Source: a bacterium | GTDB lineage: Bacteria; SAR324; NAC60-12 | Direction: 5' to 3' | NCBI GenBank assembly: GCA_965233585.1 | Contig: CBDDTI010000747.1 | Location: 704,001 to 768,000 of the forward strand | Length of the DNA: 64,000 nt | Shown here: piece after piece, positions 38,786 to 49,263 of the stretch | Layout of the letters: each line of letters starts with the position of its first letter | Position numbering within the stretch: position 1 is the first letter of the stretch | Made by a program: the position numbers and the translations under genes | The notes under the pieces: generated by a model | Told to the model about the DNA's origin: nothing | What the model saw: only the letters and a program-made list of their open reading frames with translations | Database searches by the model: none

Positions 38786-40430
38786 GACTTAAAAAAGGAC
38801 AAGGTGTTGTTTGAGGTGTTTTTAAGAAAAGAAAAATAGTATCACGCAAAGTCTCTGAAGTTTGAAGTTTTTTTTGTGAATCGTGAATCAAAGCAAGGGA
38901 ACGCAAGCCCCCACCTCCGTTAAAATGAAAGTTTGAAATCCAAATAGGATAAAGTTGGGAAGGCGTCAAAACAGGGTGTTCCTGATGAAAATCTGTTGGC
39001 AAGATGACAGCACTTTTTTGAACACGACGCCCCTGCTTCCATCTTTTGAATGGTTCGGACAGCTTTTGGATTTGTTGACCATAAAGGTTCATTAAAACAG
39101 GAAAGTTGTCATAAGGTAGCCACGTAAATAGGTCTCGTCTCAAGATGACTTTGCCAACTTTCAGCTTCTTCCATGCTCGCTTTGAAAAAGGAGCGAACGC
39201 AGAAAACGTATCTGATTTTTGAAACTTTTTTAAGGCATGGCGTGTCAGCATGGCACCGCATTTTTGGAAGTCTTCTAACGTTGGAATGTAGGACAACTGA
39301 AATAGCGTGTTCTCATTGACGTAGCTTTTCACACGTTGCAAGTCTTGATGAAAAGTTTGGACAAGTTTGGAGTCTCTGACTTTTGAGGCACGATGGAACT
39401 GTCGTTTGATAGACAAAACATGCCACTTGCCTTTTTGAAATTGAAACTCAATCAACGCACTAGAAACACCTTCAGCACGTTTCCCAGGTTGTAAAACAGG
39501 AGTTGGAAAGTTTAAGGACTTGTCTCTCAAGCGATAAGGAAACGTCCGATGTTCGTGTCCTGAAATTACAAGGTCATATCCAAGCATCGCCACATGATTT
39601 GCCAAATTTGGTGGAAACAGACCCCTGATTAAAGCATGTTTTCTGTCATAAAACTCTCCTAATCCGCTGTGTAACAAAGCGATAGTGAAGTCAACTTTTT
39701 CCTGATACTTTAAAACCTGCAACCAATCTTTTGCTGATTTGACGGTCTCTTCAAATCTTAAACCTTCTAAATGGTCTGCATTGTGCCACAATTTGATTGC
39801 TGGATTGGTTAATCCCACAATGCCAATACGAATCTTGTTTTTGATGACAATGTGGTAGGGAGGTAAAACTTGCTTGCCTTTGGAGGTTAGGTTAGAGGCA
39901 AGCCACACGAAATGCGATTGATTGATGGCTTTGGCTGTTTGCGATGGCTTGATTTCCAAATCGTGATTCCCCAAAACAACGGCATCATATTTCAGTTGAT
40001 TCATCAGTTTCACAGTCAAAGATTGCTTCCAATTTCTCAAACCAAATCCGAATAAGAAAGCAGAAGGACTGCCCTGCAAAGTATCACCTGCATCAAGCAG
40101 GATAGAATTTGAAAATTGCTTGCGAAGATTTTGCAAGGTTTCAGAAAGATACAACAACCCCCGTTTTTTCTTGGCATGAACATCGTAAATAGTATTGTCT
40201 ATTTCTCCATGCAAATCAGCTGTTGCTAAAATTAACAACGTTTGTCTTTGATTCTCAGCAATCTGAAAACGTTTTGAACTTAGATTTTTAGAAAATTTTT
40301 GATTTTTAATAGATTTTTGATTCAAAAAATCAGCAAAACTATCTGCCAAAATAAGACTACTATTGAAAAAAGTCAAACTGAAGAAAATCAAGATGTATGA
40401 ATGGATTTGTAATTTTGAAATAAATCCCAT
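38772..40430 (-). CDS. Metallophosphoesterase of the 5'-nucleotidase / 2',3'-cyclic phosphodiesterase family
   Basis: ADLHG, DAGDTLQG, GNHD, LHSG, SGHEH. Confidence 0.85.
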   Translation of the reverse strand: MGFISKLQIHSYILIFFSLTFFNSSLILADSFADFLNQKSIKNQKFSKNLSSKRFQIAENQRQTLLILATADLHGEIDNTIYDVHAKKKRGLLYLSETLQNLRKQFSNSILLDAGDTLQGSPSAFLFGFGLRNWKQSLTVKLMNQLKYDAVVLGNHDLEIKPSQTAKAINQSHFVWLASNLTSKGKQVLPPYHIVIKNKIRIGIVGLTNPAIKLWHNADHLEGLRFEETVKSAKDWLQVLKYQEKVDFTIALLHSGLGEFYDRKHALIRGLFPPNLANHVAMLGYDLVISGHEHRTFPYRLRDKSLNFPTPVLQPGKRAEGVSSALIEFQFQKGKWHVLSIKRQFHRASKVRDSKLVQTFHQDLQRVKSYVNENTLFQLSYIPTLEDFQKCGAMLTRHALKKFQKSDTFSAFAPFSKRAWKKLKVGKVILRRDLFTWLPYDNFPVLMNLYGQQIQKLSEPFKRWKQGRRVQKSAVILPTDFHQEHPVLTPSQLYPIWISNFHFNGGGGLRSLALIHDSQKKLQTSETLRDTIFLFLKTPQTTPCPFLSHAQN

Positions 40431-41179
40431 AACTCTATTGAAGAAAATGTTTCAACTCTTCTTTTGAAGTCATACTTTTTTGCCAATTCTTCTATAATTG
40501 GGGGCGGGATTGATGCAAATTTAAAGCTATTGAAAAGTGTTTTTCTACGATACTCAAACAATGTTTTAACCCAAGTCGCAAATTCTTTTTCTACTAAAGG
40601 ATTTTGAAGATAAGGCTTTGGAACTAAATTGATTAAAGCAGAATCTACACGAGGAGGTGGCAGGAAGGCAGTCGGGGGAACTTCTGACGCATATCTTCTC
40701 ACAAAGCCAAAGTCTGCAATCACTGACAATGCACCGTAATTTTTACCCTCTTGCACAGTAGCACAAACACGCTTTGCCCATTCTTTTTGAACCATTAAAG
40801 TTACAGATTGAAACAAATGACGCATCTCAAACAACCTAAAAAACAGGGGGCTGGAAATTTGATAGGGTAGGTTTGCAACAATTTTATAAGGTGCTTCAAA
40901 CAAACGTTCCCATTGTTCTTCTTGCAAATCTAAGACATCAGATTCTATCAGTCTCCAATGTTGATGCTTATCATATTTTTGATGCAATAATTGACAAAGT
41001 TTAGGGTCAATTTCAACGCAAACCATTTGAGAGGCAACTTGAATAAGTAAAGTTGTTAAAAAACCTCTGCCTGAACCTATTTCTAAGACGAAATCATCAG
41101 AAGTGATTCCTGCTAGTTTTAATAGTTTTTGTGCATATTTTCCTTTGATTAAAAAATGCTGACCCCATTTTTTTGCCAT
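40388..41179 (-). CDS. rsmA: 16S rRNA adenine dimethyltransferase
   Basis: GQHFL, LEIGSG, VEID, ANLPYQIS, PPPRVDS. Confidence 0.93.
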   Translation of the reverse strand: MAKKWGQHFLIKGKYAQKLLKLAGITSDDFVLEIGSGRGFLTTLLIQVASQMVCVEIDPKLCQLLHQKYDKHQHWRLIESDVLDLQEEQWERLFEAPYKIVANLPYQISSPLFFRLFEMRHLFQSVTLMVQKEWAKRVCATVQEGKNYGALSVIADFGFVRRYASEVPPTAFLPPPRVDSALINLVPKPYLQNPLVEKEFATWVKTLFEYRRKTLFNSFKFASIPPPIIEELAKKYDFKRRVETFSSIELWDLFQNYKSIHTS

Positions 41180-41225
41180 TTTGGTTCAATAATAAATCTT
41201 TGATATTTTGAAAAAATGATATTAA

Positions 41226-41882
41226 CTAATTAGGTGAAATTTGGGGTATGGCTTCAAAAAAAATATCTTGACCGATGATTTCCATTTTTAGAATTTGAAA
41301 AGCTGGAGCATGGTTTAAGTCAGTATTTAAATTTTGGCATAAAGACAACCCTGACCCTAATAGTTTGGGTGCAATGAATCCACAAATTTTGTCAAATAGT
41401 TTGGCTTGAATGAACGAGGTATTTATGTGAGTGCCTGCCTCTACTAAAAGCGTTTTAATTTGATATTTTTCATGTAGCAACGGTAATAGCCACTCTAATT
41501 CTGGACGAATTGTAGTGCTTTGCAACACTTCCACACCTTCAGGTTTTTCAAGTTCTTCTGTCTGACAATCTGCCCCTACAACCCAGATGACTTGACGTTC
41601 ATCAGCAAAACCAAAACATTGACTATCTGGTGGAATAATGCCGTAAGAATCTAACAAAATCAGTGTTGGAGACTTGCCTTGTCCTGAACGAAAATTGAGC
41701 TTGGGATTATCCGTTGTGATTGTTCCACAACCTGTCAGTAATGCCTGATGATTGGCACGAAGCTGATGCCCTTGCTCCCTAGCTGGGTCGTCTGTGATCC
41801 ATTGAGATTGACCATTCGTTTGTGCAATAAAGCCATCAAGGGTCAATGCGATTTTAATTGTAATTTGCGGACGTTTTATCAT
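41226..41882 (-). CDS. RibD C-terminal (pyrimidine reductase) domain protein without the deaminase domain
   Basis: KIALTLDG, SQWIT, DNPKL, LLVEAG, IAPKLLG. Confidence 0.85.
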   Translation of the reverse strand: MIKRPQITIKIALTLDGFIAQTNGQSQWITDDPAREQGHQLRANHQALLTGCGTITTDNPKLNFRSGQGKSPTLILLDSYGIIPPDSQCFGFADERQVIWVVGADCQTEELEKPEGVEVLQSTTIRPELEWLLPLLHEKYQIKTLLVEAGTHINTSFIQAKLFDKICGFIAPKLLGSGLSLCQNLNTDLNHAPAFQILKMEIIGQDIFFEAIPQISPN

Positions 41883-43903
41883 TGAATTTTAACAGGAGTC
41901 AGTTTGACTGTTTTTGAGCTGGTTTGGTTGATTTTGTATAAAAAAGTTGTCGGGTCAAAGGCTTCAAAGACTCTTCCATATTTATCCCAAAATTTTTGGT
42001 CAATATAAACGATGTACAAAAAATCTGATTTTTTTTCAATTATTTGTTGTTGCCATTCTTCAACAGAAAGGTCGCAAGCATAGTCTAAATCTGATGTGCC
42101 TGTATATTCTTCTGCTGTGCCAAGTGTCATGCAGTCGTAAGGATAGCCCCTCCAGCCTGAAGTCAAGCGAATCGGTATTAATTCTAATGCTCGTGCTAAA
42201 TGAACCATTGCCGCAACAACAGAATTGCCATAGTTAATTTGGTCAATGACATAAAGTTTTGCAGAGGCAGGAATTGTTTGATGAATTTTCTGCACTTGTG
42301 GCTTGATTCGTTCCCTTTGTTGAGTGTGAACACCTTCACGTTTTTGGTAAAAATGCCTTAAATCCACAGGATAAGTATAAAAAAGGAATGCAACGAATGG
42401 TAATGCAAAAATTAATCTTGGATTCAATAAAATTTGTTTGATAGTTTGCTTTGAATATGCAAGAGAAGAAGATAAAAAGCCAAAACCAATTGAAGCAAAA
42501 GCAATCATGTAAGAGTTAAGATAACGATGAAATGAAGCCAATCGTGTTCCTTCATAATCTCCAAAATGAAAAAGATACTTCAATAGTAAGCCTGAAGTGA
42601 TGAGGATAAAAGCGGCAGATAAAGCTAAATAAATGAAAGATAATCTTAATTTAAAAAATTGACTTCTATGAAAAAAGACTCCAATGATGTAAAGAAAGGA
42701 GTAAATTAAAAAATAATCTAAATGACTAAAGTTAAATGTCAAATTTAAAAATTCTTGATGAATTTGCTTAGGATAATACTCAAATACCGTTCCACTGACA
42801 AAAACATGATAAAATTTGTTGATAATCAGCCGATGCTTGTCTATTGCTTGTTCTGGATCAAATGCTTCTTTGACCTTGTCTATTGAAAAACTAAAACTTT
42901 GCGTAAAAATCTTGCCTATTTGTTGCTCTTCTAAATATAAATCCCATAAATTTTTAGATAAAAATGGAGCTAGAACTAACATGACGACAATGATGCTTTT
43001 GCTTAAAGAAATTTGTTTTAAAATTGGAAATATTTTTTTATTTTGTGCCAAAAATAGAATGGGTTTTAAAATGATTTGATCAAATAGAATAATACTAATA
43101 CTCAATAATGCAAAATGAAATCCCAAGTCCTTTAATAATGGCATGACAAAAAGAACAGGAATCAATAAAACTGTAGTTGAATTTAAAAAAGAGTGGTAGA
43201 GATGAAACCTAACTAAAGAAGATTGTATGTTAATATAATGAATCATCACTGATGCAAACCATACACCTATAATGTGATCCAAATAAATAGAAAAAACACC
43301 CAATCCTTGACGATAAACAATATAAAAAACAAAAGATAAAACAACAAAAATCCAAATAAAATTTTTCCAGTGAATGTACTTAAAGAGAGATAGTAAAGGA
43401 GTGAGTAGCAAGATAAAATGAGCTAAATAAATCGCTCCTTCACTTTGGTCAATTCTTGAGGCAATATAATACTGAAACAAGATTGCTCCGCGAGGATAAC
43501 TAGTTAATCCCAATGGAATATGGTCAAGTAATTTATCTGTTTTTAGTGTTTCTATACTCATACTTCCCCAATTAGAAAATTCGTCCCAATAGAAGAACTG
43601 CATGTCTGAATAAAACCACCAGTACAGCAAAGGTAAAGAAACAAAAATGAAAAGGCTAGGTGATAAAATTGGCACTAACTCACCTTTTTTATAAAAAAGA
43701 TAGATCAGTACAAAAAACAAAATTAACCCAACATAAAAAAGAAGTTGTGACACATGGGCTAGCAAACTGAAATAGCTTGCTAAGTGAAGAATGGCGATGA
43801 TGCTTGCAATCACTGCTAAGAGAATTAGCTCTAAATCTTTTTTGAAGTAATAGAATAAAGAAAAAGCATAACCAAGTATGGACAAAATAGAAAAAACTGC
43901 CAT
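41879..43903 (-). CDS. Large polytopic membrane protein, putative GT-C-type glycosyltransferase
   Basis: Many transmembrane segments; WDEFSNWG acidic loop and YP motif; visibly AT-rich. Confidence 0.55.
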   Translation of the reverse strand: MAVFSILSILGYAFSLFYYFKKDLELILLAVIASIIAILHLASYFSLLAHVSQLLFYVGLILFFVLIYLFYKKGELVPILSPSLFIFVSLPLLYWWFYSDMQFFYWDEFSNWGSMSIETLKTDKLLDHIPLGLTSYPRGAILFQYYIASRIDQSEGAIYLAHFILLLTPLLSLFKYIHWKNFIWIFVVLSFVFYIVYRQGLGVFSIYLDHIIGVWFASVMIHYINIQSSLVRFHLYHSFLNSTTVLLIPVLFVMPLLKDLGFHFALLSISIILFDQIILKPILFLAQNKKIFPILKQISLSKSIIVVMLVLAPFLSKNLWDLYLEEQQIGKIFTQSFSFSIDKVKEAFDPEQAIDKHRLIINKFYHVFVSGTVFEYYPKQIHQEFLNLTFNFSHLDYFLIYSFLYIIGVFFHRSQFFKLRLSFIYLALSAAFILITSGLLLKYLFHFGDYEGTRLASFHRYLNSYMIAFASIGFGFLSSSLAYSKQTIKQILLNPRLIFALPFVAFLFYTYPVDLRHFYQKREGVHTQQRERIKPQVQKIHQTIPASAKLYVIDQINYGNSVVAAMVHLARALELIPIRLTSGWRGYPYDCMTLGTAEEYTGTSDLDYACDLSVEEWQQQIIEKKSDFLYIVYIDQKFWDKYGRVFEAFDPTTFLYKINQTSSKTVKLTPVKIQ

Positions 43904-43912
43904 TGGATCAAA

Positions 43913-44869
43913 CTAAAGAGATTTTAAAATGTGATGAATGAAAGTTAAAACAAAGGGATAACTATTGAAAGATGATAATCTAATCTTGATTTGATTAAAA
44001 GAAATTTCATCAAATTGATGAGTGATAAAATAAGGATCGTGGCTGTCAAATTGAAGTGATAAATGATCACCTTGATTGCTGTAAGAATTGATGTTGATGA
44101 AGCTCCATTTTTCAATTTGATTAATTGGGATTTCTTTAATAAATTGACCTGAATTAAAAAGCTGAATGGAATAAATATTGACAGCATCTAACGGAGTTTT
44201 GGAAGGGTCAAATCGTATCCGATTTGCTGTAATAGTCTTGGGAAATTGAATGCCATAATCTTTGGGAAGATGAGAAGATTTGATGGCAACATTGTAAGAT
44301 TTATTTTCACTAAATTTACCATCACTCTTAGAAGACCAAAAGAATTGTGACTCTAACGTCGTGTCTTGATAAATTTTATTGGCTTGATACCATTGACTGA
44401 ATCCAATCCAAGCAGATATAAAAATAACAGCCAAACAAAATATAGAAATTAAAAAGACTTTATATGTTTTAAAAAGAAAGAAGACGTAGCTTCTTTTGAA
44501 AAAATCAATCTTATTTTTGATTTGATACTTGTCTTTGATTTCACTCTGGATTTGCATTTCATATTTGTTGATAATCGTTTCAATCATTGTGATACATTGT
44601 TCAAAAAATCTTTCAAATTGTAACTGATTTTCAAATTTAAACTTCCCTGTGTCTAATTTTTGAATGAGTAAAATTTGTGAGGGATTCAAAATGTCTAAAT
44701 TTTGATGATTGAGTGAAAGGTGGAATCGCTCTTTGTAAACATTCATTGCTGAAAACACAGCATCTTTTAAACAAAGAGCAGAGCGATAAAATTGCTTTTG
44801 GTCAGCTAAAACTAATGCTTGTTGATAAAAATGATTGGTTTGAGAAAAAGATGGATTCACTTGAGGCAT
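43913..44869 (-). CDS. Hypothetical single-pass membrane protein
   Basis: 318 aa, one central hydrophobic segment, beta-rich C-terminal region (RIRFDP). Confidence 0.55.
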   Translation of the reverse strand: MPQVNPSFSQTNHFYQQALVLADQKQFYRSALCLKDAVFSAMNVYKERFHLSLNHQNLDILNPSQILLIQKLDTGKFKFENQLQFERFFEQCITMIETIINKYEMQIQSEIKDKYQIKNKIDFFKRSYVFFLFKTYKVFLISIFCLAVIFISAWIGFSQWYQANKIYQDTTLESQFFWSSKSDGKFSENKSYNVAIKSSHLPKDYGIQFPKTITANRIRFDPSKTPLDAVNIYSIQLFNSGQFIKEIPINQIEKWSFININSYSNQGDHLSLQFDSHDPYFITHQFDEISFNQIKIRLSSFNSYPFVLTFIHHILKSL

Positions 44870-44916
44870 GATAAAAATAAGTTAAAGAATCAAAAGAGTT
44901 GTTGAATCTATTGGGG

Positions 44917-45930
44917 TCATGTTTCATCAGCAACAAACTGTTCAATCGGTTTGACTAAATTTGTGTTTCCTAAGAATACAGGACAACGAGCATGAAGAGA
45001 TGTTGGTTTAAAATCAGACACAGGACTGACGCCAGTAGAAGCATAACCTCCTGCCTGTTCCACTAAAAAGCTCATTGGAGCGACTTCAAACAAAAATCTC
45101 AATTTGCCTGAAGTTTGTGTGCGGTCAGCAGGATAGTAAAACACGCCCCCACTTAACAATGTCCTATGAACATCAGCAACCATTGAGCCAATGTAACGTA
45201 AAGAAAGTTTAGGTTGATGCCTTTCTAGCCATTCTGTATAACGTCTCACGCCTAATGACCACTCTGTGCAATTTGCCCGATTGACGCTGTAATACTTTGG
45301 GGATTCAGGGATTTTGATGTTGGGGTGAGAAAGAAGAAATTCACCGATGCTGGGTTCAAGAGTAAATCCGTTGAGACCATTCCCAGAACTATAAACCATC
45401 ATCGTACTTGAACCGTAAATAATGTAGCCTGCCGCAACAATGTCTTTGGTACCTTGCAATGTATCTTCTAATGTTCCATGCCTTGCCACGTCTGATTTAA
45501 TGTGAAAAATTGTAAAAATAGTTCCAACACTGACGTTAAACTCAGTATTAGATGAACCATCAAGCGGGTCAAACAATAACACATACCTACCAACATCAAA
45601 ATGGCTGGGAATAGGAATAATGTCTTCGCTTTCTTCAGACCCCATCATTGCTAAGCAGCCGATATGGTCATGCAGTTTGTACATCACCTGATGTGCAAAC
45701 AAATCCAACTTCTGAACGGACTCCCCTTGTACATTAATCGTTCCTGCTTCACCAAGAATGTCAGACAACCCTGCACGAGTTGTCTGATGTGCAATCATTT
45801 TTCCTGCAAGTGCAATTTGTTGTAAAATATGAGTCAGTTCTCCTTTGGAAGAATCAGGCTGTTCTTGTAAAATATGCCGCTCAATCGTAATGATTTCAGG
45901 CGTTGGAAGCGATGGCAGATTCATAATCAC
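44917..45930 (-). CDS. fbp: Class 1 fructose-1,6-bisphosphatase
   Basis: [37 protein letters not shown]. Confidence 0.94.
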   Translation of the reverse strand: MIMNLPSLPTPEIITIERHILQEQPDSSKGELTHILQQIALAGKMIAHQTTRAGLSDILGEAGTINVQGESVQKLDLFAHQVMYKLHDHIGCLAMMGSEESEDIIPIPSHFDVGRYVLLFDPLDGSSNTEFNVSVGTIFTIFHIKSDVARHGTLEDTLQGTKDIVAAGYIIYGSSTMMVYSSGNGLNGFTLEPSIGEFLLSHPNIKIPESPKYYSVNRANCTEWSLGVRRYTEWLERHQPKLSLRYIGSMVADVHRTLLSGGVFYYPADRTQTSGKLRFLFEVAPMSFLVEQAGGYASTGVSPVSDFKPTSLHARCPVFLGNTNLVKPIEQFVADET

Positions 45931-46151
45931 CTTGATAATTTGATAGTTTGTAGGTCAGGAATAAACGTTAAAAGAAGTTACACAACTGTTCACAGACAAT
46001 CAATCTCTATTTTTAGAACTCTTGAAGAAGGTCAAAATCAAAAATTCTTAAAAAGCGTGTTTGATGAAATGAAGAGTTACTTCTTTCTTGAGTTTCAGTC
46101 ATTTTTTGGTAAACTAACCGCTTTTGACTTTCAATGGGACGTTAGAAGACG

Positions 46152-46664
46152 ATGACCAATCAACCAAACTCATTTAATCGCGAGCAATTATTGCAATGTG
46201 GCCATGGTCAAATGTTTGGGAAAGGGAATGCTCAACTTCCTTTAGACCAGATGTTAATGTTGGATCGGATTTGTTATATTTCTGATCAAGGTGGCAATTA
46301 CGGAAAGGGAGAAATTATTGCAGAATTAGACATTACTGAAGAAGCATGGTTTTTTGCATGTCATTTTGCAGGTGATCCTGTGATGCCGGGGTGTCTGGGG
46401 CTTGATGCCTTGTGGCAACTGGGAGGGTTCTTTTTAGCATGGTTAGGAAACAAGGGACATGGGCGTGCGTTAGGGGTGGATAGCGTCAAATTCAAAGGGC
46501 AAATCTTGCCACAAAATCGTCTTGTTAGATACCATATTCATATCAAGAGAGTCATTGTCTCCCGCTTAGTTATGTGTGTTGGCAATGGCATTGTCTCGGT
46601 GGACGGAGAAGATGTTTACTTTGTAGAAGGTTTTCGCAGTGGGCTTTTTGAATCAACTCAATAA
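46152..46664 (+). CDS. fabA: 3-hydroxydecanoyl-ACP dehydratase/isomerase
   Basis: [25 protein letters not shown]. Confidence 0.95.
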   Translation: MTNQPNSFNREQLLQCGHGQMFGKGNAQLPLDQMLMLDRICYISDQGGNYGKGEIIAELDITEEAWFFACHFAGDPVMPGCLGLDALWQLGGFFLAWLGNKGHGRALGVDSVKFKGQILPQNRLVRYHIHIKRVIVSRLVMCVGNGIVSVDGEDVYFVEGFRSGLFESTQ

Positions 46665-46679
46665 AATTTCCAACGACCT

Positions 46680-47639
46680 ATGAACGATTTGATTTTGGAA
46701 CATGACTTTGCTCTTACTGCCCAGACACATGAGCTGACCTTGCAAGAGTCTATTGACTTGGTCATGCAAAAATATAGTTCCAACACCAAACGTGCTTACC
46801 TTCGTGCGATGCGTGACTTCCAAAGCTGGCTTGACACGCAAGGTCTTCATTTGGAACAAATCAAACAGATTCACATCTTTCAATACCAAATGTTCCTAAG
46901 AGAGCAAGGTAAAAAGCCGGCGACTATCAATCAAAATATGAGTTGCTTGAGGAAAGTCTTTTCTATGTTGTTGGAGTTTGGATATGTCCAACAGAACCCT
47001 TGCGATTCAGAGGCTATACAAAGCGAAAAAGTCTCGCCACTCAGTAACAAAAATGCGCTGCGTTTTTCGCAAGTGTCAGACTTAATCTCTGCAAATGGAA
47101 TAGAAAGATATGATGGACGTGTTGCAAAATTACTTCGTTCTCGTAATGAGCTTTTGGTCAGGTTTCTTTACTTCACAGCAACAAGGAGAAGTGAGGTTGC
47201 AGGCTTGCGTTGGGAACATCTCCGTACAGATGGCGATTTTCACATTGCTGTACTGCCTGAAACCAAAAGTGGTACGCCCCAAAAAATTAAAATCAGAGAA
47301 GATTTGCATCAACGATTAACTGAATGGCAAGACATTTTAAAAAATCATCAAATTGACAGCCCTTGGGTGTTCCCCTCTCTTTCTCAACGAACCTTAGGTC
47401 GGCAGATGACAGGGGGAGGCATCAACATTGTGATTAAACGGCTTGGAAAAGCGACAGGGATTGACATTTCTGCACACTATTTAAGGCACACTGCTATCAC
47501 CATTGCCTTTGATTTGGGGCAACCTTTAGAAAAAGTGCGTGGATATGCCCGTCATGTTTCTGCTGACACAACTTTGAGGTATTACCATGACCGAGACATA
47601 CTTCGTAAAAACCCAACTGACGTTTTGCCTGCCTTATAA
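46680..47639 (+). CDS. Tyrosine recombinase/integrase (XerC/D-like)
   Basis: SAM-like N-domain (TKRAY, KPATIN); catalytic R (TRRSE), K (TKSG), HxxR (HYLRH), H (RH) and Y (TLRYY). Confidence 0.9.
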   Translation: MNDLILEHDFALTAQTHELTLQESIDLVMQKYSSNTKRAYLRAMRDFQSWLDTQGLHLEQIKQIHIFQYQMFLREQGKKPATINQNMSCLRKVFSMLLEFGYVQQNPCDSEAIQSEKVSPLSNKNALRFSQVSDLISANGIERYDGRVAKLLRSRNELLVRFLYFTATRRSEVAGLRWEHLRTDGDFHIAVLPETKSGTPQKIKIREDLHQRLTEWQDILKNHQIDSPWVFPSLSQRTLGRQMTGGGINIVIKRLGKATGIDISAHYLRHTAITIAFDLGQPLEKVRGYARHVSADTTLRYYHDRDILRKNPTDVLPAL

Positions 47640-47664
47640 ACCTAAAACATAAGCGACTGCTACA

Positions 47665-48780
47665 ATGACAATTTTAATGACAGGAAACACTGGCTACGTT
47701 GGCTCTGTCCTGACCAAAGAACTCCAAAAAAAAGACGCCAAAAGAGAAATCAAAGGCTGGGATGCAGGATTTTTTTTGGACTCTATTGACCCCAAAACAC
47801 CCATGCCTGAAGCAAATATCAGACAGTGTTTTGGAGACATTAGAGAACCATTAAGCTACTCGTGGACAACTGAGGCTCAACAGCTGGAGGCAGTCGTCCA
47901 TTTAGCTGCTATTTCTAATGACCCAATGGGAAAAGAGTTTGAGAAGGTGACCAAAGACATCAACGTCCGTTCAAGTTTAGAAGTGGCAAGGCTTGCAAAA
48001 ACGTATGGGGCAAGAAAATTTGTTTTTGCCTCAAGTTGTAGTTTGTATGGTGCAGGTGGAGACACCCCAAGAAAAGAAGATGACCCTTTGAATCCTCTGA
48101 CCGCTTATGCAGAATCAAAAGACCTGATGGAAAAGGGACTACAAACGTTGGCTGACCACAATTTTCAAGTGATTTGTTTAAGATTTGCCACAGCGTGCGG
48201 GGCATCTCCAAGAATACGATTGGACTTGGTTCTTAACGATTTTGTCGCCTCTGCTTTGACCCAAGGCAGAATTGAAGTTTTAAGTGACGGGTCTCCTTAC
48301 AGACCCTTGATTCATGTTCAAGATATGGTTAGAGCGATAGAGTGGGCAATAGATTTTGAACCTGAAAATCATTTTTTAGTCATCAACGTTGGCAGTGATT
48401 CATGGAATTACCAAATCAAAGACCTTGCTGCAACTGTGGCAGACCTTTTGCCAAATACAACATATTCCATCACTTCTGATGCCCTGCCAGACCAACGTTC
48501 GTATCGTGTGGACTTTAGCTTGTTTGAATCCCTTGCCCCCAATCATCAACCACAAGTTGACCTGAAAACTGCTGTGTTGGAAATTTATGACCATCTCAAA
48601 CAAATTGGGTTTCAAGACCCCAACTTCCGTCAATCTTCATTGATGCGATTACATCACTTGAGGTCATTGATTGCGACTCACCAAATCAACCATGAATTGT
48701 TTTGGAAAGACCAACATTGGCAAAGCCGACTTGAATCAGAGGTTCAAGAACACCAAAAAAATCTAAACCAACCAAATTAA
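47665..48780 (+). CDS. NAD-dependent epimerase/dehydratase (extended SDR)
   Basis: TGNTGYVGS, HLAAISNDP, YAESK, RLDLVLN. Confidence 0.9.
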   Translation: MTILMTGNTGYVGSVLTKELQKKDAKREIKGWDAGFFLDSIDPKTPMPEANIRQCFGDIREPLSYSWTTEAQQLEAVVHLAAISNDPMGKEFEKVTKDINVRSSLEVARLAKTYGARKFVFASSCSLYGAGGDTPRKEDDPLNPLTAYAESKDLMEKGLQTLADHNFQVICLRFATACGASPRIRLDLVLNDFVASALTQGRIEVLSDGSPYRPLIHVQDMVRAIEWAIDFEPENHFLVINVGSDSWNYQIKDLAATVADLLPNTTYSITSDALPDQRSYRVDFSLFESLAPNHQPQVDLKTAVLEIYDHLKQIGFQDPNFRQSSLMRLHHLRSLIATHQINHELFWKDQHWQSRLESEVQEHQKNLNQPN

Positions 48781-48786
48781 TAAAAT

Positions 48787-49251
48787 ATGGCATCACACAT
48801 TGAAGGCGTGCAGGTTATCCCTCTCAAAAAAATTCCTGACGAACGAGGTACCATTTATCACATGCTTCGTGCTTCTGACCCGCATTTTCAAAAATTTGGG
48901 GAAATTTATTTTTCTAAAATCTATCAAGGGGCAATCAAAGGCTGGCATACACATAAGCAGATAACATTGAATTATAGCGTGGTGGTTGGTATGGTAAAGC
49001 TCGTTTTATTTGACATGAGAGAAGACTCTTGTACAAAAGGGAATCTCATGGAATTGTTTATTGGAGAAGACCATTACTGTTTAGTTATCATTCCTCCCGG
49101 TGTAACCAATGGACACAAGGGGATTTCATCTTTCGCCTTGCTTGCAAATGCTCCTGATGTGCCACATGACCAGCTTCAAAAAGATGAAATGGAGCGAATT
49201 GACCCCTACCAAAATAACATTCCATACGACTGGGCAAGAAAAGATTTATAA
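48787..49251 (+). CDS. dTDP-4-dehydrorhamnose 3,5-epimerase family (RmlC-like cupin)
   Basis: DERG, IKGWHTH, IIPPGVTNG. Confidence 0.85.
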   Translation: MASHIEGVQVIPLKKIPDERGTIYHMLRASDPHFQKFGEIYFSKIYQGAIKGWHTHKQITLNYSVVVGMVKLVLFDMREDSCTKGNLMELFIGEDHYCLVIIPPGVTNGHKGISSFALLANAPDVPHDQLQKDEMERIDPYQNNIPYDWARKDL

Positions 49252-49263
49252 CAAGCAAACTTT

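Noticed and set aside
45931..46151. Invertible promoter upstream of fabA and the recombinase
   Set aside because: Only short, imperfect AT-rich inverted matches, as expected by chance
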